This document shows positions 9,063 through 17,036 of a stretch of 37,728 nucleotides of DNA, in pieces. The translations under genes and the position numbers were made by a program. This DNA is from an uncultured Polyangiaceae bacterium (GTDB taxonomy: Bacteria; Myxococcota_A; Polyangia; Polyangiales; Polyangiaceae), in the NCBI GenBank assembly GCA_964531755.1, contig CAZHGG010000001.1, forward strand, positions 4,446 to 42,173, given 5' to 3'. Under the pieces are notes generated by a model that worked only from the letters and a program-made list of their open reading frames with translations, made no database searches and was not told the DNA's origin. Numbering within the stretch: position 1 is the stretch's first letter; every line of letters begins with the position of its first letter.

Positions 9063-11701
9063 CGTCCGAGCTCGTTTCTCGCCTGCACGCGCCCTGTAGG
9101 CTCAATACCCCAAGCATGGGCCGCCGCTCGAGCGGCGACGGCATACTTCGAGTCCGCGAGCCATCTCCGCCGCACGACGTCATTGCGCCTCTGGCGAAGG
9201 TACTGTGAAAGCTCGGAGTTCGCCCGAACGAAGTCCGCTAGATGAACGACATCGCCCTCTGGCCCAGTGGCGAGAGGAAGGTCGAGAGTACTTGTCGAAT
9301 ACTCCGGGAGACGGTCCCTTTCCTCGGCCCTGTAGAGGAGCCTCATCCACAGCGAGATCCAGCCGAGAATCTTCTGTCCATCAACTGTTCCACTATGAAG
9401 ACGAACTTCGATCGTGCCCATCCCTCGTTCGTCAAATAGTGGGCGAGGATTAACGGTAAGATATCTTCGACTCAGGTGCTCTAGAAAGTGTTTCTGCCAG
9501 TCATCCATCGTCGGGAAAGACAACAGTTGTTCAACATGCTGTCGAATCGGCTCGCAGCTCGGGTTCCATCCGCGCGACGGAGCGACCAGGCTGTAGAGCG
9601 CAGGCTCATAGTATGAAACTAGCTGCATGAGCCTTCGCAGCGCACGAAGGTCCTTGTTCCACGCGAAGTGAACATGGGTTCCCGTCTTCGGAGTGCTGAC
9701 CGACAGCCCGAGGCGTTTTGCTGCCGACTGAAGAGCATTGCAGGCTCGAACGACTTCTCGGTACCCGGCCTCCCCGCGCAATATGCGACTCGTCACTTCC
9801 CATCCGCAGCTGCTGTCCCACTCGACGTTCCACACCTCGTGGTTCTTGTCTTGTTCGTGATACTCCTCGCGGGGCTGCGCTGCCCTCTCTGTCTGGGGAA
9901 TCGACCGAAGCAGCGCGGTCGCGACCCTTAGCCAGTCAGGAGGCTTCTCGCCCGTGAAGTCGCTTCGGGTAAACTCAAATTCGATTCCGAAGTCCTGCTT
10001 CGGCTGAAGGTCGAAGCCAGCGATGCCCTCATACCCTTCGCAGAGCGCTATGTGCTCGAAGCGGGCCGGCTCGAAGGTGTACATTGGCGCTCGCGTCGCC
10101 GACTTGCCGCCCCGGCTGTCCGACCCCATCGGGTCGAAGAAGTGCTTGGGGGAAACAAGGACGTCGCCATGACGCGTCAAGGCGTCCTCGAAGTCGACGA
10201 TTCGGAACCCGTCCTTTCCTGGCGCCTTCCTCACTGCACGGCCGACCATTTGCGCAAACAGCGTCATGCTCGCCGTCGGGCGGGCCAAGAACACGGTCTT
10301 GATGCCGGGGATGTCGATGCCGTGCGTCATCATAGCGACGTTCACGAGGACGCAGGTGCGCTTCGTCTTGAACAGGTCGATCGCGGCGCGCCGCTCTTCG
10401 GGCCGCAGCGCCGAGTGGACCACGCCAACGGCAACGCCGCGCATCTTCAGCGCAGAAAATAGTCCCATCGCGTGCTGGATGTTGCAGGCAAAAATGAGCG
10501 TCTGCCCGTACCGCTCCCTGCCGTTGATGTAGGTGTCCACGATCATCCGAGTGCGTCGAGGGTCGTTCGCGAGCTCCGTGAGCGACGCCGTAGTAAAATC
10601 GCTGTAGCTGCTTCGCCGTACAGGGGCCCACGAGACGCGAGTCTTCACCGGAGGCTCTGGAAGCCTCGGCGCGAGCACGTCCATCCTTGCCAGGGTCGGG
10701 TAGTCGTATTCGCAGCCAACGAGGCGGAAGCCCGTCCCTTGGCGCGGCGTCGCCGTGAGGCCAACGAAGACGGCCTCGGGGTATGCCTTGAGCAGCCCGC
10801 GGTACGCCTGCTTGCCCTCACCCCAATGAAGCTCGTCGATGATCACGGTGTCGAAGGAGACCCCGGCGAAGTCCTTGTGCTTGCGGCGCCGCCACATGTG
10901 AATTGTCGTGTACGTGACGACGGCATCCGACCGAGGCGTGCGGCCGAAGAACTGGGCGGGCTCGCCCACGTGGCCAACGTATGCGCGCTTCCACCGTCGG
11001 CAGAGGTCGGTGGCCGCCTGCCGCAGGAGCGCCCAGTCCTTGGTGATCCAGAGGACGCGCCGTCCTTCCGTCAACGCGTGCGCGCCGATCCAGTCGTTGG
11101 CGATACGGGTCTTCCCTCCGCCCGTGGCCACGGTGATTCGGAGCCGACTTCGTCGAGTCGCGCGTGCTACCGCGAGCGCGAGCTCGCGCGTCAGCTCGCG
11201 CTGAAACGAATAGGGCTCGAAGCGCGAAGCCTCCTCGTTGAACTCAAGGTCGGAGGGGTCGGAGTCGTCTTCCAGGTCGTCAGGTGCCGAGTCGTCGTCG
11301 TCGAGGGCCTGCAGTCCGTCATCGGACTCTTGCTTCTCTTCGTCCTCTTCCGCTGCCGCGCTTCCCGACCCCGCGAAGCTCGAGAGTCGAACGAGCTCTG
11401 GAGGTGCCTGATTGTCGCGGAAACAGGCGAGCGCGATCCGAACGAGTTTGGCCTTGGAGTAAGTCGCATCCGGGAGGTGATAGGTCCCGCCGTCGCCGTC
11501 CGTGAGGTTAGCGAGAAGCACGCGGAGGTCCTGCTCGCGCAGGTCCCCAAAAAGTCGTTCATGGTCACCCCGATACGAACGCGCGAGCCGCTCGCGCTTC
11601 GCGACGATGCCGGCCTCCACGCCTCGAACGCGACATAGCCGGTCGATCGCGGCTCGGTCCGCGATCTTCAAGACGTCCAAGAGACTTCGGATCGTGACCA
11701 T
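9053..11701 (-). CDS. Fusion protein: N-terminal HeH/SAP-like segment and acidic linker, SF2 helicase (type III restriction res-subunit-like), and a C-terminal Amidoligase_2 (glutamine-synthetase-fold COOH-NH2 ligase) domain.
   Basis: ATG at 11701 is preceded by GGAGG. Helicase motifs: ITVATGGGKT (Walker A), VIIDELHWG (DExH), GLTATP, QMVGRAVRK (about 10171-11209). The C-terminal domain (about 9316-9991) reads FGIEFEF, WNVEWDSSCGWEVTS, GTHVHF, GTIEVRLHSGT, which matches the order and pattern I recall for Pfam Amidoligase_2. Confidence 0.85.
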   Translation of the reverse strand: MVTIRSLLDVLKIADRAAIDRLCRVRGVEAGIVAKRERLARSYRGDHERLFGDLREQDLRVLLANLTDGDGGTYHLPDATYSKAKLVRIALACFRDNQAPPELVRLSSFAGSGSAAAEEDEEKQESDDGLQALDDDDSAPDDLEDDSDPSDLEFNEEASRFEPYSFQRELTRELALAVARATRRSRLRITVATGGGKTRIANDWIGAHALTEGRRVLWITKDWALLRQAATDLCRRWKRAYVGHVGEPAQFFGRTPRSDAVVTYTTIHMWRRRKHKDFAGVSFDTVIIDELHWGEGKQAYRGLLKAYPEAVFVGLTATPRQGTGFRLVGCEYDYPTLARMDVLAPRLPEPPVKTRVSWAPVRRSSYSDFTTASLTELANDPRRTRMIVDTYINGRERYGQTLIFACNIQHAMGLFSALKMRGVAVGVVHSALRPEERRAAIDLFKTKRTCVLVNVAMMTHGIDIPGIKTVFLARPTASMTLFAQMVGRAVRKAPGKDGFRIVDFEDALTRHGDVLVSPKHFFDPMGSDSRGGKSATRAPMYTFEPARFEHIALCEGYEGIAGFDLQPKQDFGIEFEFTRSDFTGEKPPDWLRVATALLRSIPQTERAAQPREEYHEQDKNHEVWNVEWDSSCGWEVTSRILRGEAGYREVVRACNALQSAAKRLGLSVSTPKTGTHVHFAWNKDLRALRRLMQLVSYYEPALYSLVAPSRGWNPSCEPIRQHVEQLLSFPTMDDWQKHFLEHLSRRYLTVNPRPLFDERGMGTIEVRLHSGTVDGQKILGWISLWMRLLYRAEERDRLPEYSTSTLDLPLATGPEGDVVHLADFVRANSELSQYLRQRRNDVVRRRWLADSKYAVAARAAAHAWGIEPTGRVQARNELGRWI

Positions 11702-11707
11702 CAGATT

Positions 11708-11712
11708 CCTCC
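11708..11712 (-). promoter_or_regulatory. Shine-Dalgarno (GGAGG) for the helicase-amidoligase gene.
   Basis: The minus strand reads GAGGGGAGGAATCTG-ATG, a perfect GGAGG 6 nt upstream of the ATG at 11701. It lies in the 50-nt gap after the brxHI stop (11752). Confidence 0.6.
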
Positions 11713-11751
11713 CCTCGCAGACCGATTCGAGCGCCCCGTTGCCCTGGGTCG

Positions 11752-14700
11752 CTACCCGTCGTCCCCCTCAGGCACCTTCACCTTCCCCTTCGTCGTGGAC
11801 GCCACGCCCATCGTCTCGAGCTCCGCCCCTGGGGCCAACGATAGCGTGCGCGCGACGAACACCTCGCGTCGGCCGCTCGCGTGGCTGTACGAGCACGACA
11901 GCACCGGCGCGAGCGAAATCGGTGCTCCGCTGGGGCGGAGTAGGTAGCACCAGTTCTCCAGGAGCTTGCCTTGGACCCGTTCCTCGCGGACAGGGAAGTG
12001 ATCACTCCCGCCTTGAAGCACGCGAACCTGGTAGCGAGCCGGGCCGCCCGACACGTCGAAGTCCTGGAGAACGACGCGGACCACAAGCTTGAGCTCGGAG
12101 AGCCCCTCGAGCGCCTGCTCGAAGCGACGCCAAAGGGCATGCAACGCGTGCTCAGCCTGCGCGACGGCCTCCTCGTTCCGCGTGACCGCGTGAGAGAACA
12201 CGTTTCGCGCTGGAACGACCGTTTCGAAAATCTCCTTCGTGAGGTCCGACTGCTTCCCGTCGGCCGTCACCAGCGCACGACCTGGCCGGCTCGCCGGGTC
12301 CAAACCTCCCGGCGGCAACAATGCCGCCAGGCGCCACGCGAGCTCGAGCCAGGTGCCCATCGAGATCGGGCGGCGCAGGTCCTCCGTGATGAGCACGCGT
12401 GCTTGTTCGGGCAGTTGGCCGTCGTTGGTCGAACGGAGAAGCCCAAGCTCGACACCCACCAAGAACGTGAGCGCCTTCTCGAAGGCATCTCGCAGGGTCT
12501 TCACGCGAAGGACGACGTTCTCCTGACTCTCCACGAGGCCGTCGAACACGGCGATGGGATACGGAAGCACGCTTGGAGTCGACGTACCCGATGCCGGAGT
12601 CGTAGCAAGCGCAACATGAGCAGAAGACCGCGCCGCCGGAAGGACCTCCACGGGAAGCTCCGGAACCGCCGGTGGGACCGCCTCCGCGGCCCGTTCCGGA
12701 GCGGCGACCACCTCTTCCGCCACGTTCGCGGCGGAGAGCTCCCGAGCGCCCCCTAGCTCGCGCAGGACAGGCACGTGGTGCCCACACGCCTGCCCCAGCC
12801 AGCGCACGGTCCCCGCCACGTCCAGGAGGTAGCTCTCGACCACCTCCAAGGCGAACTTCTCGGGCAAGCAGTCCTGGAACTTGGAGAGCCGATACTCGGG
12901 CAGCCTCGCGAGCACCGCTCGCCGCGTGTCCGGGTCCGACCAGAAGGCCGGTGTGGCCATCCGCGCGATCGCCTTCCGGACGCTCTCGTGCCCAATTCCG
13001 TCGCCATCGATTCGGAGCTGAAAGTTGTCCGCCATCACCTTCCAACCCTCGGCCACCTCGAAGCCGTACTTGAGAGTGTGGTTCACCTGCCCGCCCGCGA
13101 ACGTCCACCAGAGCGCGACGCCCCCATCGAGCTGCACGGCGTGCCCATCGCGCCGAAGGAGCTCACCGAGATCGGCGCGCTTCTCCTCGATGTGCTTCCA
13201 CGCCACGTCGTCCACATACGGGTAGCGCGCGCTCTCGGTGAGGGCGCGCTTCATGCGCTGGCAGACATCGAGCCCGAGGTGCTGCGGGAGGTAGCCTCCC
13301 CAGCTTGGCTTCATGCCACGCGGCGCCTCGCGAACGACCACCTCACGATCTTCGTGGCTCACGCGGTCGACTGTCCATGCACGGCCACCAAGCAAGAACG
13401 AGCTCATTTGCTCGACCAGGCGATCGACGAAGCCCTGCTCCAGCGAGCCGACATCTCGCCTCGTGTGCCTGACGACTCGGTAGAGCTTCGGCGACGAGAA
13501 CACCGCGTAGAGCTCCAGGAAGTTCTTCTTCCCGAAGCGCTTCTCGGCCTTCTCGCCCATCGAGAGGAGCCCGTCCGCCTCGAAGAGGAACTGCTCCTTC
13601 TTCATGTGAAGGATCGCTTCGTCGTACTCCGCGCGAGTGATGGCGCGAAAGTCGGGCACGCGTGCGAGCTGCTCCCAGATGCGGTCGGCGCCAATGGCGC
13701 CGAACTGGAGCGTCATCGCGAGCACCTGGTGCACCAAGACAGGCCAACATCGCTCCTGCTTGGTCACGCGCTCGACCCACCCCTCGCGGGCGAGCTCGAC
13801 GAGCGCGACCGCCTGGAGCACGGACTCGGGGTCTTCGCAGAGGAACGCCGTGTTCGGACGCGTGCCCGCGCGCCTCCCCGTCCGGCCCATGCGCTGCATG
13901 AAGGACGAGACCGTGCTCGGCGCGTTCGCCTGGAAGACGAGATCGAGATCGCCCACGTCGATGCCGAGCTCGAGGGTCGACGTGCACACGATGCACGCGT
14001 TCGTCCCGTGGGCGAAGCGATCTTCGGCGGCCCTTCGCTCCTCCAACGAAACCGAGCTGTGATGCACGAACACGTCGATCTCGCGCCCGCGCATCCTCTC
14101 GGCGACCACCTCGGTGAGCGCCCGCGACTGGCAGAAGAACAAGCTCTTCTTGTTCGACGCCCGTCTCGCGGCGGCGGTCGCGACACCCGCCACGCTCTCG
14201 TGAAGTCCGATGGAGAGGTCGCGCTTGGCGGGGATCTTCGGCGGATCGACGACCACGCCCTCACGCTTGGACGAACCGCCGAGCCACGCGAGGATGTCGT
14301 GGGGATTGCCCACGGTGGCCGACAGTCCGACACGCTGAAGATCGTTTTGGCTTAGCGGCGCGAGTCGCTCGAGGACCGACATCAGGTGCGCCCCGCGATC
14401 GGTCCCCGCGAGCGCGTGAACCTCGTCGATCACCACGAGACGAAGGTCCTTGAAGAGCCGAACCACGGGGGAGCGAGGCGACACGAGCATGACCTCGAGC
14501 GACTCCGGCGTGGTCATGAGGATCTCGGCGGGCTCCCTCACGAACCGACGCCGCTCACCATCGGGGACGTCCCCGTGCCAGACGAAGCGCCGCAAGCCGA
14601 CCATCTCGGCGTACGTCCCGAGCCGCTCCTCCTGGTTGTTCAACAGGGCTTTGATGGGCGCGATGTAGAGGACCCCCACGCCGTCGGGCTCGCGCTCCAC

Positions 14701-14889
14701 CAGGCCCGCGAGCGCGGGGAAGATGGACGCTTCGGTCTTTCCTCCCGCGGTGGGCGCGAGCGCGACGACGTTCTTCCCGTCGAGGATGGCCTCCCCAGCG
14801 AGCTCCTGCACAGGGCGGAGCGAGGTCCACCCGAGGCGCGAGACGATCGCCTGTTGAAGGCGGGGCGGAAAGCGGGCGAACGCGGTCAT
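11752..14889 (-). CDS. brxHI: BREX Lhr-like DEAD/DEAH helicase BrxHI with a non-helicase C-terminal extension of about 330 aa.
   Basis: The N-terminus, FPPRLQQAIVSRLGWTSLRPVQELAGEAILDGKNVVALAPTAGGKTEA, is Lhr-type. Further motifs: VVIDEVHALAGTDRGAHL (DEVH), LGIDVGDLDLVFQ, FMQRMGRTGRR. ATG at 14889 overlaps the upstream stop (ATGA). Its position after brxD matches BREX types 2 and 6. Confidence 0.85.
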   Translation of the reverse strand: MTAFARFPPRLQQAIVSRLGWTSLRPVQELAGEAILDGKNVVALAPTAGGKTEASIFPALAGLVEREPDGVGVLYIAPIKALLNNQEERLGTYAEMVGLRRFVWHGDVPDGERRRFVREPAEILMTTPESLEVMLVSPRSPVVRLFKDLRLVVIDEVHALAGTDRGAHLMSVLERLAPLSQNDLQRVGLSATVGNPHDILAWLGGSSKREGVVVDPPKIPAKRDLSIGLHESVAGVATAAARRASNKKSLFFCQSRALTEVVAERMRGREIDVFVHHSSVSLEERRAAEDRFAHGTNACIVCTSTLELGIDVGDLDLVFQANAPSTVSSFMQRMGRTGRRAGTRPNTAFLCEDPESVLQAVALVELAREGWVERVTKQERCWPVLVHQVLAMTLQFGAIGADRIWEQLARVPDFRAITRAEYDEAILHMKKEQFLFEADGLLSMGEKAEKRFGKKNFLELYAVFSSPKLYRVVRHTRRDVGSLEQGFVDRLVEQMSSFLLGGRAWTVDRVSHEDREVVVREAPRGMKPSWGGYLPQHLGLDVCQRMKRALTESARYPYVDDVAWKHIEEKRADLGELLRRDGHAVQLDGGVALWWTFAGGQVNHTLKYGFEVAEGWKVMADNFQLRIDGDGIGHESVRKAIARMATPAFWSDPDTRRAVLARLPEYRLSKFQDCLPEKFALEVVESYLLDVAGTVRWLGQACGHHVPVLRELGGARELSAANVAEEVVAAPERAAEAVPPAVPELPVEVLPAARSSAHVALATTPASGTSTPSVLPYPIAVFDGLVESQENVVLRVKTLRDAFEKALTFLVGVELGLLRSTNDGQLPEQARVLITEDLRRPISMGTWLELAWRLAALLPPGGLDPASRPGRALVTADGKQSDLTKEIFETVVPARNVFSHAVTRNEEAVAQAEHALHALWRRFEQALEGLSELKLVVRVVLQDFDVSGGPARYQVRVLQGGSDHFPVREERVQGKLLENWCYLLRPSGAPISLAPVLSCSYSHASGRREVFVARTLSLAPGAELETMGVASTTKGKVKVPEGDDG

Positions 14890-15662
14890 GCGCCGCGCAA
14901 GCGCTGGTCAGTCTCGTTCATGAGACTCACGAACCTATCCATGGCCTCTTCACGGCGACTGAGAGCGTAGTCGAGCCACTCCTCGACAGAGGCATCCGAG
15001 GGCTCGTTGCTAGCCGCCTCCAGCCGAACGTGCATTCGATAGTGCTTGTAGTGGGGTTCAAGCGTTGCGAGCCCAATGCCGAACCGCTGGCACTCGCGAA
15101 CCACCTTGTCGAGCCTTGGATCCGAGAGCGTGAATCCCTTCTCTGGCCACTCCAGGAGGACGAACCCCTCGTGCGCGAACCGTGCGTGCGAAGCTGCTTC
15201 AAAGACAGCGTTCACGTCCCATACGCCCCACTGCTTAACTTCGAATGTCGTCAGCAGAACGCGGCGCTTGCGAAGCGTGGGATAGACCTCGACCGACACC
15301 TGAGTCACGTCGGGATTTTGCCACTTCCCCCGCTTGCGTAGCGACGCCGTGTCGAACGCAAGGCTCTCTGGTGAGTCTCGCTGAATGGCATCGACAAGCG
15401 GCGCGTATAGGTCCTTCTCCTTCTCGACCGAGGAGGTCGTTTCGTACTTGGGCGAGACCTCCCGCTCGCCCTTCCTCGTGAGACGTAGGCCGCCACCACG
15501 ACAGACGTACTTCTCCGCAAGTTCTTCGTGGATGACAGAGGCGCGAACCTCGTCGTAACGCTCATCGCCAAGGCTCAGCTCGAGCTTTATTCGTGCATTG
15601 GAGAGTCCGCCAGTCTCGGCCAGAAGATTCAGAACTCGCTCGCGGTCGCTGGGTCGTGCCAT
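14886..15662 (-). CDS. Hypothetical protein with an N-terminal winged-helix-like domain and a PD-(D/E)xK nuclease-like core. It is a non-canonical insert between brxD and brxHI.
   Basis: ATG at 15662 lies 3 nt after the brxD TAA, and the stop overlaps the brxHI ATG. The N-terminus, RERVLNLLAETGGLSNARIKLELSL...RLTRKGE, looks wHTH-like. The core reads E..LYAPLVDAI, then NPDVTQVSVEV, then TTFEVKQW (D118, E141-x-K143; about 15234-15311). The gene is visibly less GC-rich than its neighbours. Confidence 0.65.
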   Translation of the reverse strand: MARPSDRERVLNLLAETGGLSNARIKLELSLGDERYDEVRASVIHEELAEKYVCRGGGLRLTRKGEREVSPKYETTSSVEKEKDLYAPLVDAIQRDSPESLAFDTASLRKRGKWQNPDVTQVSVEVYPTLRKRRVLLTTFEVKQWGVWDVNAVFEAASHARFAHEGFVLLEWPEKGFTLSDPRLDKVVRECQRFGIGLATLEPHYKHYRMHVRLEAASNEPSDASVEEWLDYALSRREEAMDRFVSLMNETDQRLRGA

Positions 15663-15665
15663 TGT

Positions 15666-17036
15666 TTAAAACTCCACGGAGGTTTCGGGATAGCCCTTCT
15701 CGTCGTCGGGCTCGGGATCGTACGGGATGGCCTTCTTCCCCTCCGAGGCGCGCTGCTCTTCGATGGTATCGGGTCGCGGGGGCAGCGGAGGCAGCGGGGG
15801 CAGCCGCATGTCCGGGTTCTCTACCACCCAATCGAAGTCGTTCACGAGTCGCCTCATGAACTGCCTCGGGACCACTCCAACCTCGCCGCCCAGTCCCTTC
15901 GACACGTGGTCCACGAGCTGCTCGATCCGCTCGGGTGTGACGTTCTTCGCGACGATGTTCGGATCACCCCCTGGGTAGAGCTCGCGGAGGCGAAGCCCGA
16001 CGTCCTTCAGACGCGCTCGGTCGAACGGGCGCAGCTCGAGCTGCGGCTGCCGCATCGTCACGAGCCCTCCCTCGTTGAGAAAGCGGATACGATCGTGGAG
16101 CGGCTGGAGGCCCGCCACTCCGCGCCGCGTGTCGAAGAACTCCGGCGTCCCGGTGAAGACCCAGAGCAGACCCTCGAAGCTGTCCGCGTTGTCGATGATC
16201 TGACGAATGCCGTTCAGCGACTTGCCACGAACGTCGCCGCGCATCCGAAGGATGGTTTCGGCCTCGTCGACCACGACCACGAGCCCTTCGTAGCCGGCAG
16301 CCTTCACCACGGCGAGGATGCCGCGGAGGTAGTGCATCGCGTCGGTGCTCGTGATCTCGCCACGGATACCCGCGCTCCGCTTCTCGGCCGCGCTCACGTT
16401 TTCGCTCCCCGAGAGCCACGAGAGCAACGCGCCCGCTTCGCGCACCTTCCCGGCTTGCTTCAACGAGAAGATCTCACGAAGCACGCGGCCGAGGTCTTCG
16501 GGCGCCTTCCCGCCGGTGAGAGAGCGAATGTCCTCTTCGATTCGCTTCTGCACCTTCTGGTCGAAGTCCGGAGCGCTCTCGTCCGCGCCGCCTGCGACGA
16601 GCGCGTTCTCCACCTTCGCGATCCATCGGTCGATGATGTCGCCGAGCGCGCCGCGAGGGCATGAGCTGGTCCCGAGCTCCTGGACCACGCGGCGGTAGAG
16701 GTCCTCGAACTTGTGCAGGTGAAAGTCGTTGTCGGAGACCACCACGAAGCTCGTGGCGAACCCCAAGCCCGGCGTGCTCGTGGGCGCGGGCGTGGGCGTT
16801 CGTCGATAGTGCTGCGCGTCGAGCACCGCCAGCCTGGCCATGAAGGTCTTCCCGCAGCCGTATCCGCCACGCAAGAACTTGAAGACCCCTTCGCCGGACG
16901 CCGCCAACGTGAGGAGTCTCGTGATCTCGGCGTGCTGCCTCTCGACTCCGACAGCAAACGCCTCGAGCCCGCGCTCCGGGACGACTCCGGAGCGAAGGCG
17001 CTCGAAGATGTGCTCGCGATCTCGTTGGCTTATCAT
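15666..17036 (-). CDS. brxD: BREX ATP-binding protein BrxD (DUF2791 P-loop ATPase).
   Basis: The internal ATG at 17036 overlaps the pglZ TGA (ATGA). The N-terminus reads MISQRDREHIFERLRSGVVPERGLEAFAVGVE...FKFLRGGYGCGKTF (Walker A), with VVVVDEAE as Walker B. The 135 codons upstream in the ORF track are Arg-rich and overlap pglZ. Confidence 0.85.
   Translation of the reverse strand: MISQRDREHIFERLRSGVVPERGLEAFAVGVERQHAEITRLLTLAASGEGVFKFLRGGYGCGKTFMARLAVLDAQHYRRTPTPAPTSTPGLGFATSFVVVSDNDFHLHKFEDLYRRVVQELGTSSCPRGALGDIIDRWIAKVENALVAGGADESAPDFDQKVQKRIEEDIRSLTGGKAPEDLGRVLREIFSLKQAGKVREAGALLSWLSGSENVSAAEKRSAGIRGEITSTDAMHYLRGILAVVKAAGYEGLVVVVDEAETILRMRGDVRGKSLNGIRQIIDNADSFEGLLWVFTGTPEFFDTRRGVAGLQPLHDRIRFLNEGGLVTMRQPQLELRPFDRARLKDVGLRLRELYPGGDPNIVAKNVTPERIEQLVDHVSKGLGGEVGVVPRQFMRRLVNDFDWVVENPDMRLPPLPPLPPRPDTIEEQRASEGKKAIPYDPEPDDEKGYPETSVEF

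Noticed and set aside
12775-14355. A 526-aa plus-strand ORF, together with the minus-strand off-frame ORFs at 12152..13108 and 13343..13996.
   Set aside because: These are antisense to or off-frame within brxHI, whose frame carries the Lhr helicase motifs. The translations are low-complexity and Arg-rich.
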